Below are positions 40,093 through 52,552 of a stretch of DNA of 64,000 bases, piece by piece. Origin of the DNA: Podarcis vaucheri (lineage: Eukaryota); assembly GCA_965113315.1 (NCBI GenBank), contig OZ220364.1. One strand, 5' to 3'. Numbering within the stretch: position 1 is the first letter of the stretch; every line of letters begins with the position of its first letter. The position numbers were made by a program, and so were the translations under genes. The notes beneath the pieces were generated by a model that did not search any database, had not been told where the DNA came from, and was given only the letters and a program-made list of their open reading frames with translations.

Positions 40093-42774
40093 TGAATGGA
40101 AGTCTGACCTGAGAAAGATTTCATGTGAAAGAGCCCCACTGGAATGGGTGGAATGTGCTGGCGCCCACCTCTTAATTTGTTTTAGATATGTGGAATCTTA
40201 TATATCAAATGTCCTTGCCCATTTTGTGTGAGGTATACATTTAGCAGAGTGCGACTAACAACTGATGTAATTGCAGAAAATATTCCGGACATACATTTTT
40301 GTTCTGCCTGAGTGCTGTTCCGGTTTTTTTAAGCTTTGCTAAACTACATTCACTTCAGAAGAAATCAATGAATGCAAAACCCGAACCCCAAGGTCAAGAA
40401 AAATGTAAATATGTACAGATTTTACTTAGGAAAACTCTTTTAAGAAATGATATACTATGTCCTTTATTATTGTTGTTATAAATTTGTGGGGGACCCCCCA
40501 AAACCCTAAAAATTAATAAATGGTAGGTTTTTTATTAATGGATGAAAGTACAAGCTGCAAGACTGTGCCAAACCAGGAATCCCTGGGCTGGTTTATGCAA
40601 ACCAGCCTGGCTGGCCTAGTGAAGAGTAAATCTGTTAAAAGGGGTTAATGGGCCATCTGAGAGGAATCCATTGACTTGGGGAGACAGACGCTGCCAAGGC
40701 GTGGGTGTCTGAGGTGACAGGAAAAGGGAGTCTGGTAGCAAGGGGTTCTGGGAAAGAAAAAGAGGAAGAAAGGCTGGGATCCATCTTTGGGGAGGCTGCC
40801 TGCAGGCTGGATGGGAGAGATGCCTTAGACTCCAGGGCTGCACTTCTGCAGGATACAAGCCTCTCTTGAAATGACCATGCTTGAAATGACCAAAATCTGG
40901 ACTCCTGCCATGCAGACTGAAGGTGTAAATAGGTGAATAAACTGTATTTCGTAAAGCTATGATTGTTTCTGCCGTGTCTCAATTCTCCAGAGGACCACAG
41001 ACTCTGGGTGACTGCCTGGAACCCCATGGACTCTTGCCACCAACTGACACACACATAGAGAGAGGCACATAACTTTTGTAACATTATTTATCACTTATGC
41101 AATTTATGGTTCCCATCATACCAAATTGTTTCCAGAATAATCTGCCCAAGTATTAGGGCAGAATGGAACAGCAGTTCATTCTCAGATGCATTCAGAGCAT
41201 GGTCAACAACTAATGAGAATTTTAGACATCGCGTGTAAAATAAGTTAACATTTCAAATCTAAATAATGAAATGAATTATTATCCAAAAGCTGCTAATTAC
41301 CATAATGGCCAAGTCACACATGAGTCTCTATGGTTTAGGCACAGATTGGTCCAATGCACAGCCCAAAGGCCACATGTAGCCCTGTGTAGGGAAGTTTTTA
41401 ATGACTGATGTTTTAATGTATTTTTTATCTTTTGTTGGAAGCCGCCCAGAGTGGCTGGGGAAACCCAGCCAGATGGGTGGTAGAAATAATACATCATCAT
41501 CATCATCATCATCATTTATTATTATTATTATTATCTGCAGCCCTCAATGCCTTTTTTGTGGCCCTCAGTAACATTTGACACACATACACCCTTGTGCTTC
41601 CTTTCCAAAGCCGGGTATGGAGGCACTGGGCTTTGGGAAGGCGGCATGAGGGCTCTGACAGAGTCCTAGAGTTCTCCTGCCTGTTTCCCAATGCCTAGTT
41701 AGCAGTTTCCCAGCTTTGGAGAGGAGCTGGGAGGGCTCTGGGACTCTGCCTGAGCCTAGAGCCTCCTTCCCAAAGCCCAGAACTTCACTTAGCCAGCTTT
41801 GGGAAGACAGCATGAGGGTTGGGTGCGGGGGCGTCAAACTTTGGGCTTGCTTCCCCCCACCCCCGCCACCACCTCCACGTGACAAGGCTATGAGCAGCCT
41901 GCAGGTTCCATGTTGAAGTACCCTTGCGGCCATCTTGGTATGAAAAGCTGGGTTTACACATCACCCCCAAAAAGGACTAAACAAGACAGGGATTTGCACA
42001 AAATGCTAATGAATATGTATATATGCAAATTTAGAATGACTATAACTCAAATAACAATAAATCCATCTCAGCATAATGGGGAAGGCTGTGAGCTGTGTGG
42101 CAGCTCAATCTGCTGTCCATGAGCTTGCTGTCAATGGGCAACTTCAAGGCCCCTCCTGTCCCCCTTCTTATGGCAGAGCAAAACATTTGGCACCAGCTTG
42201 TCTGCAGGAGTTGGCAGAACGAGGTGTACGAGGCGCCATCCCACCAGATTCATGTAGGGTTTACTCTTTAGCATTTTCTTCTCCTGAAGATATCCCGCAA
42301 GGCAGTGGGGATTTAGGATCAGAGTTTTCCTTCTGGTTGTATCATGGCCATGGAAGGGGAAGCGAGGCTGCTTCATGGCTCACCATTAAAGGGTACCTTC
42401 TGGTACAGAATAACATGCCTTGTATCTCACAGCTTGAAGGATAACCCTTGGTTGCCCTGGATGGAAGACAGAGAGGGGCGTGCGAAGGTGTACACACAAC
42501 AGGCAAGTAAAAACTAGCTGACTGGACAATGGTAACGTTCACACCCATTGCTCCGCCCACTTTTGCTTCTTGCCCCGCCCACAACTTACAAGTGGCCCCA
42601 AGCAGTTGCCAACAAGGGAATGTGGACCTCAGGCTAAAAAAGGCTCCATGCTTCTGCTGTGCACAAGAGAGCCTGATTTAGTTCAATATAACTTTCGTGG
42701 CTATATGGGATTGCAGATAAACAATGTAACTGTACTATTAATGTTTCAGTGTTAGCAGTTGCTAATGCAGAAAT

Positions 42775-45700
42775 CATGGATCACTGCCTTGCCGTGGCGA
42801 AGGGGCTTGAATAACTCAGAGAAGCTATGAACTATGCCGAGCAGGGCACCCAAGATGAACAGGTCATAGTGGAGAGTTTTGACCAAACGTGATCCACCTG
42901 GAGCAGGAACCGGCAAGCCACTCCAGTATCCCTGCCAAGAAAACTCCATGGACAAAGACAACAGGCATATAAAAGTTATGACGCTGGAAGATGAGCCCCT
43001 CAGGTCGGAAGGTGTCCAACATGCTACTGGGGAAGAGCGGAGGACAAGTACAAGTAGATCCAGAGCTGATGAAGCGGCTGGGCCAAAGCCGAAAGGACGC
43101 TCAGTTGTGGATATGCATGGAAGCGAAAGGAAAGTCCAATGCTGTAAAGAAAAATATTGCATAGGAACCTGGAATGTAAGAACCATGAACCTAGGTAAGT
43201 TGGATGTGGTCAAAAATGAGATGGCAAGAATAAATATTGACATCCTGGGCATCAGTGAGCTAAAATGGACGGGAATGGGCGAATTCAGTTCGGATTACTA
43301 TCATATCTACTACTGTGGGCAAGAAACCCGTAAAAGAAATGGAGTGGCCCTCATAGTCAACAAAAGAGTGGCGAAAGCTGTACTGGGATGCAGTCTCAAA
43401 AATGATAGAATGATCTCGATACGAATCCAAGGCAGACCTTTTAACATCACAGTAATCCAAGTTTATGCACCAACTACTGGTGCTGAAGAAACTGAAATTG
43501 ACCAATTCTATGAAGACTTACAAGACCTTATAGAAGTGACACCAAAGAAGGATGTTCTGCTCATTATAGGGGATTGGAATGCTAAAGTAGGGAATCAAGA
43601 GATAAAAGGAACAACTGGCAAGTTTGGCCTTGGAGATCAAAATGAAGCAGGGCAAAGGCTAATAGAGTTCTGTCAAGAGAACAAGCTGGTCATCACAAAC
43701 ACGCTTTTCCAACAACACAAGAGACGGCTCTACACATGGACATCCCCAGATGGGCAACATCGAAATCAGATTGATTATATTCTCTGCAGCCAAAGATGGA
43801 GAAGCTCTATACAGTCAGCAAAAACAAGACCTGGAGCTGACTGTGGCTCAGATCATCAGCTTCTTATAGCAAAATTCAAGCTTAAACTGAAGAAAGTAGG
43901 AAAAACCACTGGACAGGTAAGATACAATCTAAACCAAATCCCTTATGAATACACAGTGGAAGTGAGGAACAGGTTTAAGGATTTAGATTTGCTGGACAGA
44001 GTGCCTGAAGAACTATGGGTGGAGGCTCGCAACATTATACAGGAGGCAGCAACTAAAACCATCCCAATGAAAAAGAAATGCAAGAAAGCAAAGTGGCTGT
44101 CCAACGAGGCCTTACAAATAGCGGGGGAGAGAAGGCAAGCAAAATGCGAGGGAGATAGTGAAAGATACAGGAAATTGAATGCAGATTTCCAAAGAATAGC
44201 AAGGAGAGACAAGAAGGCCTTCTTAAACGAGCAAAGAAATAGAGGAAAGCAACAGAATGGGAAGAACCAGAGATCTGTTCAAGAAAATCAGAAATATGAA
44301 AGGAACATTTCGTACAAAGATTACCATAATAAAGGACAAAAGTGGTAAAGACCTAACTGAAGCAGAAGACATCAAGAAGAGGTGGCAAGAATACACAGAG
44401 GAATTATACCAGGTAGTGTGGTTGCTGACCTTGAGCCAGACATCCTGGAGAGTGAAGTCAAATGGGCCTTAGAAAGCACTGCAAATAACAAGGCCAGTGG
44501 AAGTGATGGTATTCCAGCTGAACTGTTTAAAATTTTAAAAGATGATGCTGTTAAGGTGCTACACTCAATATGCCAGCAAGTTTGGAAAACTCAGCAGTGG
44601 CCAGAGGATTGGAGAAGATCAGTCTACATCCCAATCCCAAAGAAAGGCAGTGCCAAAGAATGCTCCAACTACCGCACAATTTCACTCATTTCACATGCTA
44701 GCAAGGTTATGCTTAAAATTCTACAAGGAAGGCTCAAGCAGTATGTGGACCGAGAACTCCCAGAAGTGCAAGCTGGATTTAGAAGAGGCAGAGGAACCAG
44801 AGACCAAATTGCAAACATGCGCTGGATTATGGAGAAAGCTAGAGAGTTCCAGAAAGACATCTACTTCTGCTTCATTGACTATGCAAAAGCCTTTGACTGT
44901 GTTGACCACAGCAAACTATGGCAAGCTCTTAAAGAAATGGGAGTGCCTGATCACCTCATCTGTCTCCTGAGAAATCTCTATGTGGGGCAAGAAGCTACAG
45001 TTAGAACTGGATATGGAACAACTGATTGGTTCAAAATTGGGAAAGGAGTACGGCAAGGCTGTATATTGTCTCCCTGCTTATTTAACTTATATGCAGAATT
45101 CATCATGCAAAAGGCTGGGCTGGGTGAATCCCAAGCCGGAATTAAGATTGCCGGAAGAAATATCAACAACCTCAGATATGCAGATGACACAACCTTGATG
45201 GCAGAAAGTGAAGAGGAATTAAAGAACCTTTTAATGAGGGTGAAAGAGGAGAGCGCAAAATATGGTCTGAAGCTCAACATCAAAAAAACGAAGATCATGG
45301 CCACTGGGCCCATCACCTCCTGGCAAATAGAAGGGGAAGAAATGGAGGCAGTGAGAGATTTTACTTTCTTGGGCTCCATGATCAGTGCAGATGGTGACAG
45401 CAGTCACGAAATTAAAAGATGCCTGCTCCTTGGGAGAAAGGCGATGGCAAACCTAGACAACATCTTAAAAAGCAGAGACATCACCTTGCCAACAAAGGTC
45501 CGTATAGTAAAAGCCATGGTTTTCCCAGTAGTGATGTATGGAAGTGAGAGCTGGACCATAAAGAAGGCTGATCGCCGAAGAATTGATGCTTTTGAATTAT
45601 GGTGCTGGAGGAGACTCTTGAGAGTCCCATGGACTGCAAGGAGATCAAACCTCTCCATTCTGAAGGAAATCAGCCCTGAGCGCTCACTGGAAGGACAGAT

Positions 45701-45958
45701 CGTGAAGCTGAGGCTCCAATACTTTGGCCACCTCATGAGAAGAGAAGACTCCCTGGAAAAGACCCTGATGTTGGGAAAGATGGAGGGCACAAGGAGAAGG
45801 GGACGACAGAGAATGAGATGGTTGGATGGTGTTCTTGAAGCTACCAGCATGAGTTTGATCAAACTGCGGGAGGCAGTGGAGGACAGGAGTGCCTGGCGTG
45901 CTCTGGTCCATGGGGTCACGAAGAGTCGGACACGACTAAACGACTAAACAACAACAAC
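42775..45958 (+). mobile_element. BovB (RTE clade) LINE, full length, frameshifted
   Basis: APE endonuclease (GTWNVRT, GISELKW, GDWNAKVG, NQIDY, SDH) at 42879-44348 and RT (QGCILSP, YADD) at 44382-45947; 3' end ..GAGTCGGACACGACTAAACGACTAAA(CAA)n; TSD AATGCAGAAAT at 42764-42774 and 45959-45969; frame breaks near 44232 and 44410. Confidence 0.96.
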
Positions 45959-47451
45959 AATGCAGAAATAATAATAATCTCTATACATTCTGGCAAGCGA
46001 CCTTTGCATTTCGGCCTCAAAGCTGCCAGAACATAACTTATTTTCAGATAAATCAGGGATGGTAAATTGCTATAAATCTAATCCTGGGTTTTATTCAACA
46101 TTGTCCTGCTTTGTTTTTACTAGCTCACCCCATCTTTTCTTAAACAAGCCTTACATGGTTTTAATTTGGATGATTGATGTGCTCCTTTGAGAATCCTCCC
46201 ACCTCCATTTAAGTCCCCTCCAGTGACTCAGAATTTTACCCAAAGCCCAAAGGCCCAAATGATATTACATTTGACTGCTGAGACAAAAAAATTGAATACA
46301 ACCTAAATAATACATAAAAGGCCTTCATAATTAATTCACCAGGAATTTTCGGCTTCATTGCTCAATTGAGTGGTGGTGCTGGGGGTGGGGAGGCTAAAAT
46401 ATAATTTATTTATTTAGAAGATTTCTAACCTGCTCTTTATTTTTTAAAAAATAAAATATATCCCAGAGTAGGGCACAAAATAACTGACAAAGCACATAAT
46501 AAAATGTAAGTTATGCAAAATAATATAACATTTTAAAACATTGACAGCAGCAAAACACATTGATGCAGCAGAGATATGAGAAGGTTGCTCGGGAGGAAAT
46601 GTGGCCCTAAGCAGTCGTGAACTTTGGGCTCGTGCTCTTTGCTATGCTAAAATTCACACACACACACACCCCCACCTCTCGAGCTCTGTTCTACAGTATT
46701 CTTGTGGCATCCCCTGCAGTGCAGCACCCAGTACAACCACATTGGTTGTGCTACCCTAAAACTTCCTCTGCCCTCAGGTTGAAAAAGGTTCCTCTCCCCT
46801 GGCCCAGCCACAGTGTTCTGCAATAACTGAAACATCCAAACCAAGCCCCAAAGCAGCCCCACTTAGAGCACATTGCAGTAATGCAAACACGAGGCTACCA
46901 GCACATGAAACACTGTGGGCAAGGTATCCCTGCCAATGATTAGTTGTAGCAGATCACCCTTGGCCACTGTGACTGCACTAAGCTGTGTCTCAGGCCTGCC
47001 CAGTCAAGTTTCTTGGGTGCGCACATGCACTACAAACTGGTTCTTACAGCAAGGGTCATTGTCTGAGTCCTCGATCCCATACCCCGCAAGTGTCCCAGAA
47101 AAACCAGGACATCCTGTTTTTTTCTCGTGAGAGAATGGCTGACATTTTGGAAGCAGTGATCTTGAGCATTTTCTCACCATGATATTTCCTGGGGCAATGA
47201 TCTCACTCAGCACCCCAAAGCGTGCAATTTTGGGCACCGTGCCTGAGAAAAGCGTTTTTTGGGGGGAGAAATCAGGGTGTGAAATTGTGCGAGATCATTA
47301 TGTCCAAAACGGCTGCCATCCTCTCATGAGAAGAAAACAGGAAGATGGTGTCAAGAAAGATTGTGTCCCAGGATTTTGCTGCTGAGGTGTTGGAAGGTAT
47401 GCTAATATCCCACTTTACACATTGGCAGTAGCAGCACTGATGATGGGGAAG

Positions 47452-47820
47452 AAAGGTAAAAGGTAAAGGACCTCTGGACGGTTAAGTGCAGTCAAAGGCG
47501 ACTATGGGGTTGTGGGGCTCATCTTGCTTGCAGGCTGAGGGAGCTGGCATTTGTCCACAGACAGCTTTCCGGGTCATGTGGCCAGCATGACTAAACCGCT
47601 TCTGGCACAACGCAACAACGTGACGGAAACCAGAGTGCACGGAAAAGCCATTTAGCTTCCCACCACAGCGGTACCTATTTATCTACTTGCACTGGCGTAC
47701 TTGCACACTGGCAGAAGCTGAGACAGAGGAACGGGAGCTCACCCCGTCATGGGGATTTGAACAGCCAACTTTCCGATCGGCATACCCAAGAGGCTCAGTG
47801 GTTTAGACCACAGTGCCATC
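47452..47820 (-). mobile_element. Sauria SINE
   Basis: (AAAGGT)n tail, GGTACCTATTTATCTACTTGCAC core. Confidence 0.88.
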
Positions 47821-48759
47821 CCCCTGACACGAGTGACACTGATGCTAACTTGGTGGTGAGGTTCAGGCTACAGAGGTGCCCCACTGGGACCAATTTGGCT
47901 CTCTTGCTGGTGCCACCCATGCAGTCTTGATCTCCCCAGCACCTATCCTACCCTGTCCAAATAAGCAGCAACACCACCAGTGTCAAGGGGGTGGGTCTAT
48001 AGCTTCACCCCCTGTGCAAAGTGCAACGGCAGAGATCATTCCATGAGCAGTCTAACGGTAAGTGTTAAAGTCAACTAGCCAAGAGGTGGACAGTTGGAGG
48101 TATTGCTTAGTAACCGTGCACAGTGGTGTGATATTTGATGAGGTATTACGTGCCATAATTGGTTGGATAGTTCTGAGGGAGTTTTCCTCTGCATGTTTAG
48201 CTGAATGTCTCCCTGCTCTGTACAAGGTCTGAAGTAAAGCAAGGCAAAACCTCTCTGTTTCTTTCTCAATTATCCTGTTTTTTCCTCAGTAAAGTGATAT
48301 CAATATTTCTTTTCTCTCTGGACTCCATCTGCTTTAAGTGACTTTGCTAACACCCCCCCCCCCCAACTGCTGCAACACTGGTGAAGGCTATTTCCCGTCT
48401 ACTGTAAACTCTATAGGTTTTCCGAGAAATCGCCTGTCCAGTTTTTGTTTTATTTTTTTACCGAAACAGCTTCTGAAGCAAAGCATAAACCACCACTGTT
48501 TCCTTTAAAAAAAAAGTTTGAGAATGTTTAGTCTTACTCTGAATTTGTGCTTATTATAGAGCAGTTGCAACTCATCTCAATAAGCAGTTGTAGCGGTGGC
48601 TGAAAGGAAGATAGTGGCCTCTAGTGCACAGTGGCACACATGACAACCATTTTCAAAGTGGTGTCTCCAAAACTGCCCTAAGAGGCAAAGTAAGGTCAAG
48701 GGTTTGCTGATGATGGATACTGGAAATAGGGGCTCTCCCCTGGTAAATAGTTTTGCAAG

Positions 48760-48980
48760 CTAGTATGGTATGGTGGTTAGAGTGTTGGACAAGGATTTGA
48801 GGCCAGAGTTCAAATCCTCACTTGGCCATGAAGCTCTCTGGCCGACCTTGGGCCAGTCACTGCTACTCAGCCTAACCTACCTCACAAGGTTGTTGTGGGG
48901 ATTAAATGAGGAAGAGGAGAATCACATATGCCACCTTCAGCTCCTTGGAGAAAAAGGTAAGCTATAAATGCTATAAATAA
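48760..48980 (+). mobile_element. tRNA-derived CORE-type SINE
   Basis: TGGTATGGTGGTTAGAG A box, GTTCAAATCC B box, CCTACCTCACAAGGTTGTTGTG core. Confidence 0.7.
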
Positions 48981-49919
48981 GAAAAATGTTTAAAATGGAC
49001 AAAAACAGATTTCTTGTCTCCAAATAACCCTGCTCACATAGTAAAAAGAGGTTTCCAGACTTCTGTAACAATAAGCAGCCCAAAGAGGACCCAAAGTGCT
49101 CAGCAACCACAGAATGTGGCCTGGCTGTTGTGGGAGGGAACGGAAAATCAGGAGAGGGGCCAGATGGAATGGAATGGAATACCCTGGTAGAGGGCATAAA
49201 ACACTGAGAGGGCAGCACATATGTTGGGATGGACACTTTTTTTTGAACAGGCCTTGGGCAAGGTGGCAGTGAGATCAGGGCTGTGTGGTTAAACCGGCAG
49301 AAGAGCCGTATTGCCCCAACCTCACCATTGCCCTGCCCCCAGCCCCATCCAGGAAAGCAGGAGCAGCACAAGTGTCAGGATGGTGGCTTCATAGCTCCAT
49401 CTCACTAAACACAGCCACCACCAAATCCTGAACATCAATGCTCCACGCTGAAACATCATGTTGCGTGTCAAAACCCCTCCCCCAGAAAGAAAGACACAGG
49501 ACACAATGTTTAAGTTTAATGGGCATGAAATGGCCACAACTTTATTGATTAGAGAATTGAAGGTATTGGCCCTAGGCATTGGCTCCTATCCGCTACCCGG
49601 CATGATGTCCGGGAAGGGTTAACACTAACCGTGGGAGGCCCCCGTTGGAGTACGCCAACTAGGATCCCACGGGTGTCACCGCTTGGGGCGTGCCGGGGGC
49701 CCTTACCTAGGTAGGTTTCGGACAAGACAACGCCCCTCGGAGTCCTGTACCGGACTACCCCATTTCCTGGGGGAAGGTGATGGCGTTCCTTCCCCCCCAT
49801 CCATTTGCATAACAATTGTACCCCAGCCAATGCCTAACCGCCATTCGAGCAAAGCTCGCCGCCAATACCTTCAAACCTGTAACCAACTCCTATGCCCTGC
49901 TATGGAAACCCCTGAACCC

Positions 49920-50452
49920 AGGACCTAATCCCCGTTCTGATATCACCCAACCATAGGTCGTTCCCTGCATCTGACAGATGCACGCCATCCCTTCTGTAGA
50001 GGGCCTCGTTGCTGAACTGGATGCCCGGGTGTCTGATGACAAACCCGCCCCAGAGCTGCCACTCTACGTTCCACCGCTCGTTCCGAAACCTTTCTCGCCT
50101 TGTTGACTCCTACTGGGCTCACGCCATCTCTCCATGTCCTTCTCGCAAACAACGAGGACCAAATTATTGTGATAAGTGGGTTTGCTATTACCACCTCAGA
50201 TCGATCGCCTTGCGATAAGCGAGATCGTTTTCCCCAATTGAATCACTAGGGCGTCAGGCGGACCCTCGGCCGCAGCCCTGGCCATCACAGCCGGTTTGCT
50301 TTCACTCCAGCGCATCCCTCTACGCGCTATTCAAACCAGCTCCACCCTGGGATGTAAACTCAGGTTGCCGCCCAGACCGCTTCTCAAGGCATGAAACTTG
50401 GCCCAGTGCACGATGCTGTGGCCCACCAACCAAATGCGCAATCTCGTGGGTT
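49920..50452 (-). pseudogene. Decayed SGNH/GDSL hydrolase ORF4 of the Ngaro-like element
   Basis: Manual translation: RIWLVGHSIVHWA (block I), RGMRW (II), PDALVIQLG/NDL (III), IIWSSL..R, RDGVHLSDAGN (V, DxxH). Interrupted by TGA at 50331-50333, TAA at 50188-50190 and frameshifts near 50232 and 50050. Confidence 0.85.
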
Positions 50453-50501
50453 CTGAAAGGCAAATAGAAAAGTGGGCGGAGGTCAGGGGTGTAGCACGCA
50501 G

Positions 50502-51392
50502 TCACAAGTTGCTTCTCACATAGGCCTTGTACGCGTTAGATTTCCACCTCCCCAAGTCTTTAATCCTCTCCGTGGGGAGCCCCATATGTACTGCAGTGGT
50601 GGCTGCGCCAATACGGAAGGAGTGAGCAGCAAATTCTGATGCCGGGAAACCACAAGCCGACAATGCCGACCGCATAACCCTAGTGAACTGGTGTCTAGTA
50701 AGGCGGGATCCGTCCGCATGTATCAGAAGCGGACCGGGTCCGCTAGGCCTTAGGTAAAGAAAACGCCTCGTGTCCCGAACCGGACAAGGGCCCTTCCCGA
50801 GAGCTGCCGGCAGCCGGAGCAGGGCCCCCTTGCCCTGCTGATCTGTCTTTGAGCTCCGCACCCGCACTATGAGATCGGTTCTAGAAAGGGTCAGGTCGCT
50901 CATCAAGATTCCCCTCTGAGACTGGGTGGCATCTCCTTCACATACTACCTCGCCTACACGTAGGGCGCCGAAGAAAGCTATGGAAAACGCTGTTGAGAAT
51001 AAACGCGCTTCGTGCTTTGACCAGCAAATTTCACGAAGAACTTTGTGAATCTTAAACAGAATTTCATAAGTTACGGGCCGCCTCCTGTCCGCACATGGGG
51101 GTTGCTGTCTGCGCCATCCCTCCAGAGTTTTGCGCACAATGAAGGCTGCGCAGGGGTCTTTCTCGAAAAATGTTTTACAAAAATACGAGATCCCTGCTGA
51201 GTGAATATTGAGTGTCTTAGGAGCCCGGCCTAACTCCCTCATGTGTGCCAAGTAGTGGAGGACCTCCCTGGTTGAGGGAGTGGTGTGACTACTAGAGCCA
51301 GGGATGCGTGCGCGAAATCTTAAAAAATCGACCCAAGCCTTCTTATACGATCTCATTGTGGACGGGGCCACTGCACCGAATACTCCCTTCAT
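50502..51392 (-). CDS. Tyrosine recombinase ORF3 (296 aa)
   Basis: N-terminal SAM-like region (STMRSYKKAW); catalytic set FFGALR(R), SKTDQ(K), HSFR(H,R), GRW(W), AYKAY(Y). Confidence 0.92.
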   Translation of the reverse strand: MKGVFGAVAPSTMRSYKKAWVDFLRFRARIPGSSSHTTPSTREVLHYLAHMRELGRAPKTLNIHSAGISYFCKTFFEKDPCAAFIVRKTLEGWRRQQPPCADRRRPVTYEILFKIHKVLREICWSKHEARLFSTAFSIAFFGALRVGEVVCEGDATQSQRGILMSDLTLSRTDLIVRVRSSKTDQQGKGALLRLPAALGKGPCPVRDTRRFLYLRPSGPGPLLIHADGSRLTRHQFTRVMRSALSACGFPASEFAAHSFRIGAATTAVHMGLPTERIKDLGRWKSNAYKAYVRSNL

Positions 51393-52552
51393 TATGTCTC
51401 GCTCCCAATCCTCCAGAGATGCTCCGGGAAAGGCATCGATGATTGGTCCGCTTCTGGCGCTAACGAGCGGAAGCGCTCCATCTGAAAACGAGATAGAGCG
51501 TCCGCGATGTCATTATTAATGCCAGGCACGAATTTGGCTGAAAAGTAAATATTCTGTTCTAAACACAGAAGGACAAAAGCGCGCAATAGATTACCCACTC
51601 TGGTGGACCGTGCAGATTGCCTAGCAAGGACCGCTACCACTGCTTGATTGTCGGTGTTAAAACAAACCCTGCGATTACGAAATAGACCCGCCCACAAATG
51701 CACCGCTACGACAATCGGGCTGAAAGATTCAAAGGCTGCACATGCAACGGAGCAGCCCATGGGCATAGCCTTGTCAATGAAATACGCGCCGTCAAATTTA
51801 AAGCCCAGCCATTTAAAGTCGTCTGGGTGAACTGGGAGAAGACGGAAGGCGGACTCGATGTCGCATTTTGCTAGGAACGCCCCCTGACCGAATCGACGGA
51901 TCATTTTTACAGCCCGATCGAAGGAGGCGTATTTCACTGTACAAAGCTCCTGAGGAATCGCATCATTAACAGAACCCCCTCTCGGGTAAGAGAGGTTGTG
52001 AATCATGCGGAATTCCCCCGATGCCTTCTTTGGCACGATGCCCAGCGGGGAAAGGTGAAGCCCCTGAAAAGGCGGTTCAAGAAAGGGACCTGCAACCCTG
52101 CCTGCCCTGATTTCCTTCTCTATTTTCTTTCTGACTATGTCGGGCCGTTCCCTAACAGATTTTTGGTTATCCGCCTCCCTGGAGTTGGGTGGGGTGGCCA
52201 CCGGGATCCTAAATCCCGTAGAAAACCCCTCCCAGAGGTATTTACCCGCGGTTTTATCTGGGTATTGTTCTAATAGGACTTTGAGGGGCTGCAGGCGAAT
52301 AGGGGAGAATGCCAAACCTAGGTCAGTGTTACTGGCGATTGCCGGGACCTTGACGGGATGCACCGGGGGCACCTCTGGGATTGTTAAGGAAGTACCCCCT
52401 GCCCCCCCGAAAGGGCTGAGGCTTATTTTTGAAGCACGCGGAAGCGGGGTGATTACCCCAGCATTGCTCGCATTCATGTAGATACTTACAAGAGGGGCGA
52501 GAGCACACGCCCCTGTTGAACTCCCAGCATTGTCGACGCTTCTTTGGCTCAA
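51392..52552 (-). pseudogene. RT/RNase H ORF2 with in-frame internal deletion of the YxDD core
   Basis: SPLGIVPKK..FRMIHNLS, KCDIESAFRLLPVHP, MPMGCS followed directly by late RNaseH (PIVVAV..TDNQAVV..PGINNDIADALSR); no YxDD anywhere. Confidence 0.85.

Noticed and set aside
42752-45919. Antisense ORFs over BovB
   Set aside because: Shadow frames of the LINE coding sequence
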